A DNA stretch of 64,000 nt from a bacterium. GTDB lineage: Bacteria; Patescibacteriota; Patescibacteriia; JAGPKW01. Within the stretch, counting starts at the first letter, position 1. Every line of letters begins with the position of its first letter. The stretch covers positions 150,538 to 214,537 of the forward strand of contig JAJXYN010000009.1 of NCBI GenBank assembly GCA_021780535.1. The letters are read 5' to 3'. The notes below the pieces were generated by a model. The model was not told the origin of the DNA, did not search any database, and saw only the letters and a program-made list of their open reading frames with translations. Positions 23,406 through 34,843 of this stretch are shown here, one piece after another. Made by a program: the position numbers and the translations under genes.

Positions 23406-23426
23406 GTGTCGCTAATTAAGCGACAC
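23406..23426. terminator. Hairpin between the ferredoxin gene and the por operon
   Basis: gtgtcgct-aatta-agcgacac. Confidence 0.45.
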
Positions 23427-23442
23427 CCACAGCAACCAAAAA

Positions 23443-23661
23443 TTATTTTTCTATATGAATACAAGCAACTGGGCAAACATCAACCGAACTTTGAGCTGTA
23501 GGTATTTGATCTTCTGTTATTTCTAGAGAACCTCTATCATCTGCATCATAAGTACCACCATTTAAAATGATTTTGTCTTGTTCACTAAAAAATTCTGGAC
23601 ATACTGAAACGCAAGCCCCACAGTGGATACATTGATTTCTGTCATGTATTAATTTAGACAT
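23443..23661 (-). CDS. Ferredoxin
   Basis: CIHCGACVSVCP ... CPVACI. Confidence 0.9.
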   Translation of the reverse strand: MSKLIHDRNQCIHCGACVSVCPEFFSEQDKIILNGGTYDADDRGSLEITEDQIPTAQSSVDVCPVACIHIEK

Positions 23662-23727
23662 TTTTTTGTTTTAATTGTTAGATATTTTAGGAATTGTATC
23701 ATAATTTAAAATAAAATAAAATAGTAA

Positions 23728-24237
23728 TTATCTTATTAAACTATATAAACCTATTCCGAAAGATACAGAAACATTTAAAGATTCTTTTACCTTTCCATTC
23801 ATTGGTATTTCCAACATTATATCTATTTCATTTAAAATATTATCAGAAATACCATCAACTTCATTACCAACTATGAATAAAACTTTTGCATTTGGAATAA
23901 AATTATAGATATTATAATTTTTTAGTTTTTGGTTTTTAGTTTTTAGTTTTTTTAACTTATCTTCTTTTAGTTTTTCTAGCGCTACTATTTGAAATCCTTC
24001 TTTTTTTAGTTTTTTTATTAATCTTACTGGCTGTTTTATAGTTTCCCAATCAATTACCGATTCTGCTCCCAATGCTGTCTTTTGCATTTTTGGGTGTTCT
24101 GGTGTTGGTGTATAACCACCTAAATAAATTTTTTCTACAAACCCAAAACCTTCACTTGTCCTAAAAATAGATCCAACATTATGAATGGAACGAATTTTAT
24201 CACAATAAACTTGTACTATTAGATTATTTTCTGACAT
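23728..24237 (-). CDS. TrmH/SpoU family RNA methyltransferase
   Basis: IRSIHNVGSIFRT, KTALGAE, GNEVDGI, IPM..KESLNVSV. Confidence 0.9.
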   Translation of the reverse strand: MSENNLIVQVYCDKIRSIHNVGSIFRTSEGFGFVEKIYLGGYTPTPEHPKMQKTALGAESVIDWETIKQPVRLIKKLKKEGFQIVALEKLKEDKLKKLKTKNQKLKNYNIYNFIPNAKVLFIVGNEVDGISDNILNEIDIMLEIPMNGKVKESLNVSVSFGIGLYSLIR

Positions 24238-24249
24238 AAATTAATTTAA

Positions 24250-25512
24250 TTACATCTCTATAAATTTTGATTTAAAATTTACTTTTGTATCTTTTAATCC
24301 CCATAAAACAGATAAACCAGTAACTAATAAAATTACACCTAAATATAAAAATAATACTTTCATATCAGAAAAAGTTAATATTATTGAGGCTAATATTGGG
24401 CCAACAATGTATGCTAATGGAGACATTATTTTATAGAAACTTATTAAATCTATATTTTTTGTACTTACTTTTTTATAAAGATATACTTCTCTCATTATTT
24501 CTATTGCACTTGCTCCTATACGTGTTGTGAATAAGAGCAATGTAAACACTATTATATTTGTTGTAAAAAATAAAAGAAATGTTGAAATAGATATAATAAT
24601 AAAACCTGTCATTAATAATTCTTTTTCTCCTAACCATTTATCCGCAATTTTACCAGCTGGAAGTTCTATAATAACAAATGGGATTAATATTATACCTATA
24701 ATAATACCTATTTTATTCCACTCCAATCCTAATGTCTTATTCATATATATTGGAACATAAATTGCCATCCAACAATAAAATAAATTTAATAAAAAACTAA
24801 CAATGCTTATTCTTACTATGGAATCATTTTTTAATACTTTTTTTATATTAATACTTACAGTCCTTGTATGAGTTATTTTTATATTTTTAAAAGATTTTAC
24901 AAATAAAAATATTGTCGGTAAGGTCATTATTGCAGATAAACCAAAAACAAAATCAAAGCCTAGCTTGGATAATAAAATACCAGCTACTAATGGTCCGAAT
25001 AAAAATGTTAAATTCATCAATGTCCATTGAATTCCTTTTGTATTTCCTGTTGTGCCATCTACGGAATATTTTTCAACATAATAATCAACAAAAACAAAAA
25101 ATATAGATGATGTTATCTGATATAATATTATTGTAAAAATAACAAAAAAAGCTTCTTGTTTAATAAATATTTGTGATATTAATGAAAACATTAATAGTAT
25201 CATATTAAACAAAGCAACTTTGAAAATACCAAATTTTTTTATGATCTTTCCAAAAAAGAATATTAAGATAACCGCAATTATGTTTGGTAAAAGGTAAACT
25301 AAACTAACATATTTTTCATCTATAAATCTTGCTAAATAAGATGATAAAATATATGACAATAAAGCTGTGGCAAAACTAAAAAAAGCACCCTGGACAAATA
25401 AAGATCCTAACTTTTTTTTTCTAATAAATTCTACTTCGCTTGCTATAATGTCTTCTGTTTTTTCTATCTCCTTTTTTATGATTTTTTTTTCTGCTTTAAA
25501 ATTTTTTATCAC
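24250..25512 (-). CDS. MFS transporter
   Basis: About 12 TM helices; ELPAGKIADKWLGEK motif-A-like. Confidence 0.85.
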   Translation of the reverse strand: MIKNFKAEKKIIKKEIEKTEDIIASEVEFIRKKKLGSLFVQGAFFSFATALLSYILSSYLARFIDEKYVSLVYLLPNIIAVILIFFFGKIIKKFGIFKVALFNMILLMFSLISQIFIKQEAFFVIFTIILYQITSSIFFVFVDYYVEKYSVDGTTGNTKGIQWTLMNLTFLFGPLVAGILLSKLGFDFVFGLSAIMTLPTIFLFVKSFKNIKITHTRTVSINIKKVLKNDSIVRISIVSFLLNLFYCWMAIYVPIYMNKTLGLEWNKIGIIIGIILIPFVIIELPAGKIADKWLGEKELLMTGFIIISISTFLLFFTTNIIVFTLLLFTTRIGASAIEIMREVYLYKKVSTKNIDLISFYKIMSPLAYIVGPILASIILTFSDMKVLFLYLGVILLVTGLSVLWGLKDTKVNFKSKFIEM

Positions 25513-25534
25513 CTTTTTATTTTTAACTCATTAT

Positions 25535-26014
25535 TTAAATAGCTATAAATTCTATGCTATCTTTTATTGTATCATATATTAAAAAACTTGGCTTATTATA
25601 CCTTGCCATAATGTCGCCGGGGTTAATAAGTTTTGCATTATTTAATAATTTAAAACTTTTTCTGTGTGTATGACCAAAGAATATTATATTATATTTTTTT
25701 AAACTTGATAAGTACTCTGCTACTGCTGGGAGATGTGTTATTGCTATTTTTTTATCATCTATTTCTATTTCTCCTATATCTTCAAATATCCCTATATTTG
25801 AATTTTTACATATTTTTTCTACTTCTGGATAATAATCACCATTGCCACATACTGCATATATTTGGATTGCTTCTATTTTTAATCTTTCTATTGTTTCTAT
25901 TCCTATATCTCCACAATGAAATAAAAGTTTTATTTCGCGGGAGCGAATTTCTTTTAAGGCTTTTTCTAGACGAAATAAATTGTCATGAGTGTCAGATATT
26001 ACTGCTATTAGCAT
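25535..26014 (-). CDS. YfcE-family metallophosphoesterase
   Basis: SDTHD, HCGD, GNGD, GHTH, NPG. Confidence 0.9.
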   Translation of the reverse strand: MLIAVISDTHDNLFRLEKALKEIRSREIKLLFHCGDIGIETIERLKIEAIQIYAVCGNGDYYPEVEKICKNSNIGIFEDIGEIEIDDKKIAITHLPAVAEYLSSLKKYNIIFFGHTHRKSFKLLNNAKLINPGDIMARYNKPSFLIYDTIKDSIEFIAI

Positions 26015-26189
26015 TTTATAATATTATTAGCCTTAATAAATTAATAATAATATTTTCTTTTCCTAGTATTCCGCTCAATTGAGATATCATAAGAGCTTCA
26101 TAAAGGAACGAAAACATTATTATTAATTTATAATTTTCTATTTAGATTATACAATAAAAATAAGCGATTTGGAATCGCCTATTTTAATT

Positions 26190-26774
26190 TTATTTTGTAT
26201 CTTCACTAACTCTTTCTACGTATTCTTCTGTTTCTGTATTTACATTTATCAATTCTCCTGTTTTTATGAATGCTGGCACTTTTACTATTACTCCTGTTTC
26301 TAATGTTGCTTCTTTTAATACTTGTCCTCCTGCTGTATTTCCTCTATCTACTCCATCCATTGTTTCTGTAACTCTTAATGTTACTTTTAATGGCAATACT
26401 GCTTTTACTGGTTTATCATCTAATTTTAATATTGTAACCTTTTGTTCTGGTTTTAAAAATTTTAAATCTTCCTGACAAGCTTCTATTGGTAACTCTGTTT
26501 GCTCAAATGTTGCTGGATCCATAAAATATGCATATGATCCATCTTCATATAAATATTGAGCTGTTCTCATTTCTGTTTCTATTTTTTCAACTTTATCAAT
26601 AGAATTAAATGTTATATCTAGAACTTTTCCATTTATAATATTTCTTACTTTTGTAACCATTCTCGCCCCACCTGATTTTCCTAATTTTAAATGTTGAAAT
26701 TTTGTAACTATATATGGTTCTCCATTATATTTGAACGCTGTTCCATTCTTAAATTCTCCAGCTGGCATCATCAT
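26190..26774 (-). CDS. efp: Elongation factor P
   Basis: QYLY...FMDPATFEQ, GNTA, ATLETG...VPAFI..GE. Confidence 0.95.
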   Translation of the reverse strand: MMMPAGEFKNGTAFKYNGEPYIVTKFQHLKLGKSGGARMVTKVRNIINGKVLDITFNSIDKVEKIETEMRTAQYLYEDGSYAYFMDPATFEQTELPIEACQEDLKFLKPEQKVTILKLDDKPVKAVLPLKVTLRVTETMDGVDRGNTAGGQVLKEATLETGVIVKVPAFIKTGELINVNTETEEYVERVSEDTK

Positions 26775-26937
26775 ATCTTTATAATATTAATTATTATCTT
26801 GTTTTATAAGCTGTATTATATTTAATTTGCTATTTTTAGTCAATATTAAAGTAAACAAGAAATTACTAAAAAGAAATACATAACGAGTTTACATTACAAT
26901 ACTTTATTTTTTATTATTTTTAGGATATAAATATATT

Positions 26938-28002
26938 ATGAATAAAAATAATATTATAATTTTATCTATTGAAACTACTTGTGATGATACTGCTATTGCT
27001 ATATGTAAATACAGTGGCGATTCTTTTATAGTTTTATCAAATGTAATATCATCTCAAATTAAAGAGCATAACCCATTTGGTGGTGTTGTTCCAGAACTTG
27101 CATCAAGAGAACATATTAAAAATATTATTCCTGTTTTAGATCAAGCACTAAAAGAAGCTGATGTAAAATTAGGAGATTTGAATTACATTGCTATCACAAA
27201 CAAAGGTGGTGGGTTGATAGGTTCTATTGTTGTTGGCGTTGAAACTGCTAAAACTTTATCTTATTTATTAAATATTCCTATTATTTCCGTTAATCATATT
27301 AGAGGACATGTTTTAGTTTCTATGATTGAAAAAAAAGATGATAAAAAATATTCTATTATAAATCCTATTTACCCCATGATGGCACTTACTGTTTCTGGTG
27401 GGCATACTCAAATTATTTTAATTAAAAATTTTATTGATTGGGAGGTTGTTGGGAAAACGTTAGATGATGCTGCTGGTGAATGTTATGATAAAGTTTCTAA
27501 AATATTAGGCTTAGGATATCCTGGCGGACCTATTATTTCTAAGATGGCTGCAAGTGGAGATAAAACAAAAATAAATTTTCCAAGACCTATGATAAGTTCT
27601 CATGATTTTAATTTTTCTTTTTCTGGCCTCAAAACTGCTGTATTATACGAAGTGGAAAAATGGAAAAATGGAAAAATGGAAAAGTTTTCTGTAGAAGATA
27701 TTTGTGCTTCTTCTCAAGATGCTATTAACGATGTTTTAACTAAAAAAAGTTTAAAAGCGATAGAAAAATATTCTCCTAAGATTTTTATTCTTGCTGGTGG
27801 TGTTGCTGCTAATAAGGATTTAAGAGATAGATTAAAAGAAAATATTGAAAAAAATTCTGATAGTAAATTTATGATACCTGAAATTCCTAACTGCATGGAT
27901 AATGCTTTAATGATTAATATTGCTGCCTATTTTAATTTAAAAAATAATATTGATATTTTTGATTATAAAGATATTAATATAAATATTGAAAGAAAAATTT
28001 AA
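26938..28002 (+). CDS. tsaD: tRNA threonylcarbamoyltransferase
   Basis: IETTCDDT, GGVVPELASREH, NHIRGH, VSGGHT, TLDDAAGE, FSFSGLKT. Confidence 0.96.
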   Translation: MNKNNIIILSIETTCDDTAIAICKYSGDSFIVLSNVISSQIKEHNPFGGVVPELASREHIKNIIPVLDQALKEADVKLGDLNYIAITNKGGGLIGSIVVGVETAKTLSYLLNIPIISVNHIRGHVLVSMIEKKDDKKYSIINPIYPMMALTVSGGHTQIILIKNFIDWEVVGKTLDDAAGECYDKVSKILGLGYPGGPIISKMAASGDKTKINFPRPMISSHDFNFSFSGLKTAVLYEVEKWKNGKMEKFSVEDICASSQDAINDVLTKKSLKAIEKYSPKIFILAGGVAANKDLRDRLKENIEKNSDSKFMIPEIPNCMDNALMINIAAYFNLKNNIDIFDYKDININIERKI

Positions 28003-28009
28003 ATAATTG

Positions 28010-28038
28010 TTGCATTTTTTTATCTTTCGTGTTATAAT
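28010..28038 (+). promoter_or_regulatory. Sigma70 promoter
   Basis: TTGCAT-N17-TATAAT. Confidence 0.6.
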
Positions 28039-28100
28039 ATGTGAACTAGCCGTTGGCTACGAAAATCACGAGCTTCAACTGCTCAAATATAGGAGTTGAT

Positions 28101-28613
28101 ATGAAAATAAACAAATTGGTTTTTGTTATTGTTTCTATTTTTTTCGTTTTCGTTGTTTCTTGCAAAGAAAATAATAACAACAACGAAAGAAGTCTTGCTA
28201 TTGTCAAACAAAAAATAGCAGATGAAGGAAAAAGAGAAGATCAAAAAAAAATGGTAGATCTCCTATTCTATGAAGTAAGGAGAAACAGCGAAACTCTTTG
28301 GGCAAATGACATTGTTTATAATATTAATAACTCTCAAAGAGATGGAGAAAATACCATAATTTTTAATAATAATGTATATATCGCAGGGAATACCCAAAAT
28401 AAGAAATATTCCTTGGAATCGGTCGTGTATAGAAGTGGCGGTTTTACTGGTTGTGAAATAAATAACACAACCATAAACCAGATCGTTGACCGATTTGGAG
28501 AACCAAAAAATAAAGAGTTTAATGTGAAATATGTATACAAAAAATATAATATGGCAATTTCCTTTCTTTTTGACGAGAAAGGAATATTAAAAAATATTGT
28601 ATTCAATCAGTGA
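28101..28613 (+). CDS. Putative lipoprotein
   Basis: AGGAG before ATG 28101; MKINK + hydrophobic stretch + VVSC lipobox-like. Confidence 0.65.
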   Translation: MKINKLVFVIVSIFFVFVVSCKENNNNNERSLAIVKQKIADEGKREDQKKMVDLLFYEVRRNSETLWANDIVYNINNSQRDGENTIIFNNNVYIAGNTQNKKYSLESVVYRSGGFTGCEINNTTINQIVDRFGEPKNKEFNVKYVYKKYNMAISFLFDEKGILKNIVFNQ

Positions 28614-28618
28614 AAAAC

Positions 28619-28650
28619 AAGAGCGGGATTCAGATGAATCTCGCTCTTTT
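28619..28650. terminator. Bidirectional terminator downstream of groL
   Basis: aagagcgggattc-agat-gaatctcgctctt followed by Ts. Confidence 0.75.
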
Positions 28651-28658
28651 ACTTTTTA

Positions 28659-30311
<1,653 letters not shown>

Positions 30312-30459
30312 TTAATTTACTTTGATTTATGACTTGCTAAATTTTAAATCTCACAGTGATTTTTCTATCTTCATTTTTTTTGGTTCTGCGAAGTGTTCTC
30401 AAACCAAAAAATAACGAAGCATAGAAAAACACTATTTAAGTTGTATTTATAAAGTTTAT

Positions 30460-30750
30460 TTATTCAATGATAGCCAATACATCACTCTCTTTCATTACTA
30501 AATATTCTTCACCGTCTATCTTAATTTCACTTGGAGAATATTTGCTAAACAATATCTTGTCTCCCACTTTTAATTCTAATGGCCTTATTTCTCCCTTATC
30601 ATTCGTTCTTCCTTTCCCTACTGCTATTACTTCACCTTGTTCTTTTTTTTCTCCCTTACTTGTTTCTGGTATTATTATTCCTGATTTTGTTATTTTTTCT
30701 TCTTCATATTGCCTTACTATTATATTGTCATATAGTGGTTTTAATTTCAT
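30460..30750 (-). CDS. groS: Co-chaperonin GroES
   Basis: KPLYDNI...TKSGIIIP...GEVIAVGKG. Confidence 0.98.
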   Translation of the reverse strand: MKLKPLYDNIIVRQYEEEKITKSGIIIPETSKGEKKEQGEVIAVGKGRTNDKGEIRPLELKVGDKILFSKYSPSEIKIDGEEYLVMKESDVLAIIE

Positions 30751-30808
30751 AATAAATATTTAGATAATTAAGTGATTAGATGATTAGAATTAATAATCTA
30801 TCTAATTA

Positions 30809-30835
30809 TTAGCACTCTAATGTTTTAAGTGCTAA
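30809..30835. promoter_or_regulatory. CIRCE element (HrcA operator)
   Basis: TTAGCACTC-N9-AAGTGCTAA, one mismatch to consensus, upstream of groS. Confidence 0.9.
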
Positions 30836-30930
30836 TTTATTGTAATATTATTTTTTTTACTCGTCAATAGACCTTTAATAAATAAAACAAGACCACCTTA
30901 CGATGGTCTTTGATTAAAATTGATAATATT

Positions 30931-31419
30931 TTAGCTTGGATAAAATATTCTTTTCAATGTTTTTTCATCTAACCTTGAAATATCAAGGAGACTTTTTAAT
31001 GCATCATAAAACATCAACCTATCTCCCTTAACACTGAGTCGCATACAATAGCTAATCTGTAATGGGAAAAATTCAATAGGCGAGCCAGCTATCCCAATAT
31101 AATAATTTTTGCAGTCTAAATCTTCACAACAACAATAGCTAGCATTAATAGATGGAGTGCTTTGAAAACTACTATAACGTATTGAAAGATATTTGACTGT
31201 TTTTTTGTTGCATATTGGGCATATTTTCGAACTGACAAAAGGTTTTTCGCATAATGCAATAATATTTACAAGCTCTTGTTCATACACGTTCTTTTTTCTT
31301 GTTGGTAAGACTTTTTCTGTGGCCTTATTATAAAGATAAAGAAGTCTGCCATAATCAGTAAAAGCAAGCCATTCAAGTGTTTTCCCTTCATTCTTGCCAC
31401 TCTTAAACCTATATAACAA
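30931..31419 (-). CDS. Hypothetical Cys-rich (zinc-binding?) protein
   Basis: AGGGGGTG before TTG; CPIC...CCCEDLDC; hairpin downstream at ~30889-30911. Confidence 0.65.
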   Translation of the reverse strand: MLYRFKSGKNEGKTLEWLAFTDYGRLLYLYNKATEKVLPTRKKNVYEQELVNIIALCEKPFVSSKICPICNKKTVKYLSIRYSSFQSTPSINASYCCCEDLDCKNYYIGIAGSPIEFFPLQISYCMRLSVKGDRLMFYDALKSLLDISRLDEKTLKRIFYPS

Positions 31420-31518
31420 GATTCACCCCCTCTATGGAAAGGAATAATTTAATACATTAGTAACATAAATCATTATATTTTGCAATATTATGTATTTTAT
31501 TATGTATTTTATTATTTA

Positions 31519-32034
31519 TTATAAAATTATTTTTAAATTTTCTAATATCATTTTCTTAAATTCATCTCCTAATTCATAGTATTCTTTTCCATTTTTCTTT
31601 GTTTTTTTAAAATCTAACTCTACCCCATCTGTTTGTAATTCAACAAGATAATATATTATTTTTTCTACCTTTTTTTCAAGTAGTTTTTGAATATTAAAAA
31701 TTCCTCTTATATAGTCATCCACCCTTATTTTCACCTCTGCCGAATATTCTCCACTTTCTGTTTTAATTTTTTTATTTACAAAAATATATATTCTTTTTTG
31801 TGTTTTTTTTATTCCATTTTCATTATTTAAAATTTCAAAATCTTCTTCTTTTATATTATTTATTTTTGATTTAAATATTTTTGTATAATTATTTAATCCT
31901 TCTGATTTCAATTCTAAAATATGTGGTTTTTGTTTTTCCTCTTCTTCGGCAGCTCTTTTTAACTCATCTATAATATTCATCATTTCTTTATATGTTGGAT
32001 CTATTTCACTTTTTGGTATTAGTTCTAATGGCAT
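31519..32034 (-). CDS. Hypothetical protein
   Basis: 171-aa ORF starting 2 bp after the tsaE stop. Confidence 0.6.
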   Translation of the reverse strand: MPLELIPKSEIDPTYKEMMNIIDELKRAAEEEEKQKPHILELKSEGLNNYTKIFKSKINNIKEEDFEILNNENGIKKTQKRIYIFVNKKIKTESGEYSAEVKIRVDDYIRGIFNIQKLLEKKVEKIIYYLVELQTDGVELDFKKTKKNGKEYYELGDEFKKMILENLKIIL

Positions 32035-32036
32035 AT

Positions 32037-32477
32037 TTATTTTATATTAATATCTCTTTCATTTTCTCCTACTATATTAAAATATATTTCTTTTTTGTTG
32101 TCTGCTGGTATATATGAATTTATTTTCGTGCTCCATTCTATAAAAACTATAGAATTTTTGTCTCCAAAATATTCTAATACTCCTGTTTCTAACATATTAT
32201 CTTCATCTTCTATTCTATATGCATCTATATGAATAATATTTTTTATATTTGTTGGAGTACAATTAATCGTACCTAAACATTTTAAATGGTTTGCTATTAT
32301 AAAAGTTGGGGATATTATCTCGTCTTTATCTATCCCAAAATATTCTGCTATTCCCTTCATAAACATTGTTTTTCCTGCACCTAAATTACCATACAAACAA
32401 ACTACTTCCCCACCTTTTAATGTTGATGCGAATTGTTTTGCTATTTCTATTGTTTGTTCTTGTGAATTTGAAAACAT
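32037..32477 (-). CDS. tsaE: tRNA threonylcarbamoyladenosine biosynthesis ATPase
   Basis: GNLGAGKT, SPTF, HIDAYRI, IEW. Confidence 0.95.
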   Translation of the reverse strand: MFSNSQEQTIEIAKQFASTLKGGEVVCLYGNLGAGKTMFMKGIAEYFGIDKDEIISPTFIIANHLKCLGTINCTPTNIKNIIHIDAYRIEDEDNMLETGVLEYFGDKNSIVFIEWSTKINSYIPADNKKEIYFNIVGENERDINIK

Positions 32478-32534
32478 GTTTTTAATTTTAGAATTTAATA
32501 ATTTAGAAACAATGTTTTAATTTAAAATTTAGAA

Positions 32535-33959
32535 TTATTTTTTAATAATTTGCATTATCATTTGTTTATCTATTCCACCTATTATAAACAATGATATGAA
32601 ATATATCAAAATTGCTGATGGCAATGTTATAAATATATCTGCATTTAGAAATTTCTTTAACGAATATATACCTAAGCACATTATTATACTTGCTATAACT
32701 GTTTTGCCTACATTTTTAAAAGATGGCAATTCTTTTACTTTTTCATAAGTTAGAACGAAAGCTAAAATCGCTATAAATCCTTCTATTAATATTTTTATAT
32801 AAGGGATTACTTGATAAGAATAAATTGGAATTAATGCCAAATATAAAACAACTGACGAAAATGCTGCTATTGCATATCCAAACATCATTTTTTTCTGATT
32901 ATTTACTGCTATTACAGTATTTGTGAAAATATTTCCCAATGTTATTATCCCCATAACTACACAAAGAATTGATAGAACCGGGCTTGCTCCACTAAAATCT
33001 TCTCCTGCAAGTAATACCATAATATCTTTAGACAATAAGAAACCACCCATCATTATTGGTATTGCCATCATAGATAAAAAATCAAATGCTTTTTGTAATA
33101 AATTTTTAAATCTTAGTTTATCATTTTCTTTAAAAGCTTTATCAAAAACCGGTAAAAGTAAACTCATAAACATTGCAGGTATCATTATGTATATCTCTAA
33201 TATTTTATATGCTGCTCCATATATACCAACATCAGCATTGCTTTTAAATAGCGTTAATATGAATGAATCTGCTCTAAAATAAACTAAATTAAATATTACT
33301 GACAACGCAAATGGGGCTGATAATTTTAAAATATCTTTCCATAATTTTACATCAACTATAAACTTTGGTTTTATGTATTTTCTTACCCCAACATAAACAA
33401 CTACAACAGAAAATAATCCAGTAACAGCTGATGCTATTATTATTGAAACTAATCCTAAATTCAATCTCCAAAGTATAAATATTGATAATAAAAATGATAT
33501 TCTAGTTACTAATTCTCCAATTATTAATGGGATAGTATTAAGCTTTTTTTGTAAAAGTATTGACCATATTTGAGAAAAATTTGAAACTAAATAACTAAAC
33601 GAGAATATAAAAATACCAATAATAACTTCTTTTTCATAATGTAGAAATAATGAAAAAAATGGAGTAATTAATATTAATAAATTTAGAAAAAATCTAAGTG
33701 TTAGTATTTTATTTAATATTTCTTCTGACTTTTCATCACTCTCGTGTGATATATATTTCAGTGTGGCATTGGATAAACCAAAATCTAAAAGCACTGACGT
33801 GAGTTGGAAAAATGTTAATACTTTTGTGTACATCCCAAACCCTTCTACCCCTAGATGTCTTGTCATTATGCCTATTGCAAGTACCCCAAAAAATATTGAA
33901 AAAAATCTTCCTATAAATTGTATCATTGTATTGTATGCTATTTTCTTTGCAAAAGACAT
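32535..33959 (-). CDS. Polysaccharide flippase (Wzx/MOP family)
   Basis: TRHLGVEGFG, DFGLS, YFRADSFIL...VGIYGAAYK; multiple TMs. Confidence 0.88.
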   Translation of the reverse strand: MSFAKKIAYNTMIQFIGRFFSIFFGVLAIGIMTRHLGVEGFGMYTKVLTFFQLTSVLLDFGLSNATLKYISHESDEKSEEILNKILTLRFFLNLLILITPFFSLFLHYEKEVIIGIFIFSFSYLVSNFSQIWSILLQKKLNTIPLIIGELVTRISFLLSIFILWRLNLGLVSIIIASAVTGLFSVVVVYVGVRKYIKPKFIVDVKLWKDILKLSAPFALSVIFNLVYFRADSFILTLFKSNADVGIYGAAYKILEIYIMIPAMFMSLLLPVFDKAFKENDKLRFKNLLQKAFDFLSMMAIPIMMGGFLLSKDIMVLLAGEDFSGASPVLSILCVVMGIITLGNIFTNTVIAVNNQKKMMFGYAIAAFSSVVLYLALIPIYSYQVIPYIKILIEGFIAILAFVLTYEKVKELPSFKNVGKTVIASIIMCLGIYSLKKFLNADIFITLPSAILIYFISLFIIGGIDKQMIMQIIKK

Positions 33960-34153
33960 GTAGGTTTTGTTATATACACAATTAATCGCGTCTGTGCTAT
34001 TTTTATATATTTATATTTTATAGGAAATACAACGAAACTTCAACTTTTTAAATTAAAAACCGTTTTCATTATGCATGTTATTACGCTTACTTGCTATTTT
34101 ATTTAATTTTGCTATAATTGTTTTCATGATTTTGTTATAAATATATAAGACCT

Positions 34154-34240
34154 GGGTAGTTGGCGGAGTGGTCAATCGCAACAGACTGTAAATCTGTCGG
34201 CCTACGGCCTTCGGGGGTTCAAATCCCTCACTGCCCACCA
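34154..34240 (+). tRNA. tRNA-Tyr(GTA)
   Basis: Cloverleaf with anticodon loop ctGTAaa, long variable arm, TTCAAAT T-loop, encoded CCA. Confidence 0.96.
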
Positions 34241-34337
34241 CCATAAATAATATCACGCAAGTGATATTATTTATTTATTTTTGAAAATAAAAAATAGCTC
34301 ATTTTACTGAGCTATGTATTCAATCTTGTCTCAAAAT

Positions 34338-34514
34338 TCATTTGGCACTAGATGGTTCGCAAAATTCTTTTTTTATTAGCAATTTTTTCTCTAAATTATA
34401 AATAGCCTCTGCGTATAAGCTACACAGTTGAAAACTTTCTCCTCTTTCCTGAAAACAATAATAAGAACCTTTATCATACAATCTACATAAATGAACAAAT
34501 GGACATTCATTCAT
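34338..34514 (-). CDS. Small Cys-rich protein (58 aa; not in the ORF track)
   Basis: GGAGG RBS; ATGA overlap with the upstream ORF; MNECPFVHLC...YYC...QLC; hairpin downstream. Confidence 0.55.
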   Translation of the reverse strand: MNECPFVHLCRLYDKGSYYCFQERGESFQLCSLYAEAIYNLEKKLLIKKEFCEPSSAK

Positions 34515-34681
34515 TTTCTAGCCTCCATATATTCTTTTTCAAGAGATTTAATACCTTTTTCCACACTTCTCCACACTTCATCCGATTCTTTAACTCTATG
34601 TTCCATTATTAAACATTGAATACCTCTAGGGGGGCATTGATTTGTACAGTTTTCGGAAAAACGGCAAGCTCTCGTTCTCAT
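34511..34681 (-). CDS. Small Cys-rich protein (56 aa)
   Basis: GGAGGT before ATG 34681; MRTRACRFSENCTNQC...QC. Confidence 0.55.
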   Translation of the reverse strand: MRTRACRFSENCTNQCPPRGIQCLIMEHRVKESDEVWRSVEKGIKSLEKEYMEARK

Positions 34682-34843
34682 ACTACCTCCAAATGCTTTG
34701 ATATCAAGACCCAACTAATTTTTTTAATTTTACTTAGAGAAGTCTCTCTTGTTTTAAACACTTTAATAAAATTTAACATTATTTCCGTAAAAATACAACT
34801 AATAAATAAAAAAGCAGGATTTTTAGTCCTGCTGTTTGTTATT

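Noticed and set aside
34053-34256. 67-aa minus-strand ORF
   Set aside because: Antisense to tRNA-Tyr
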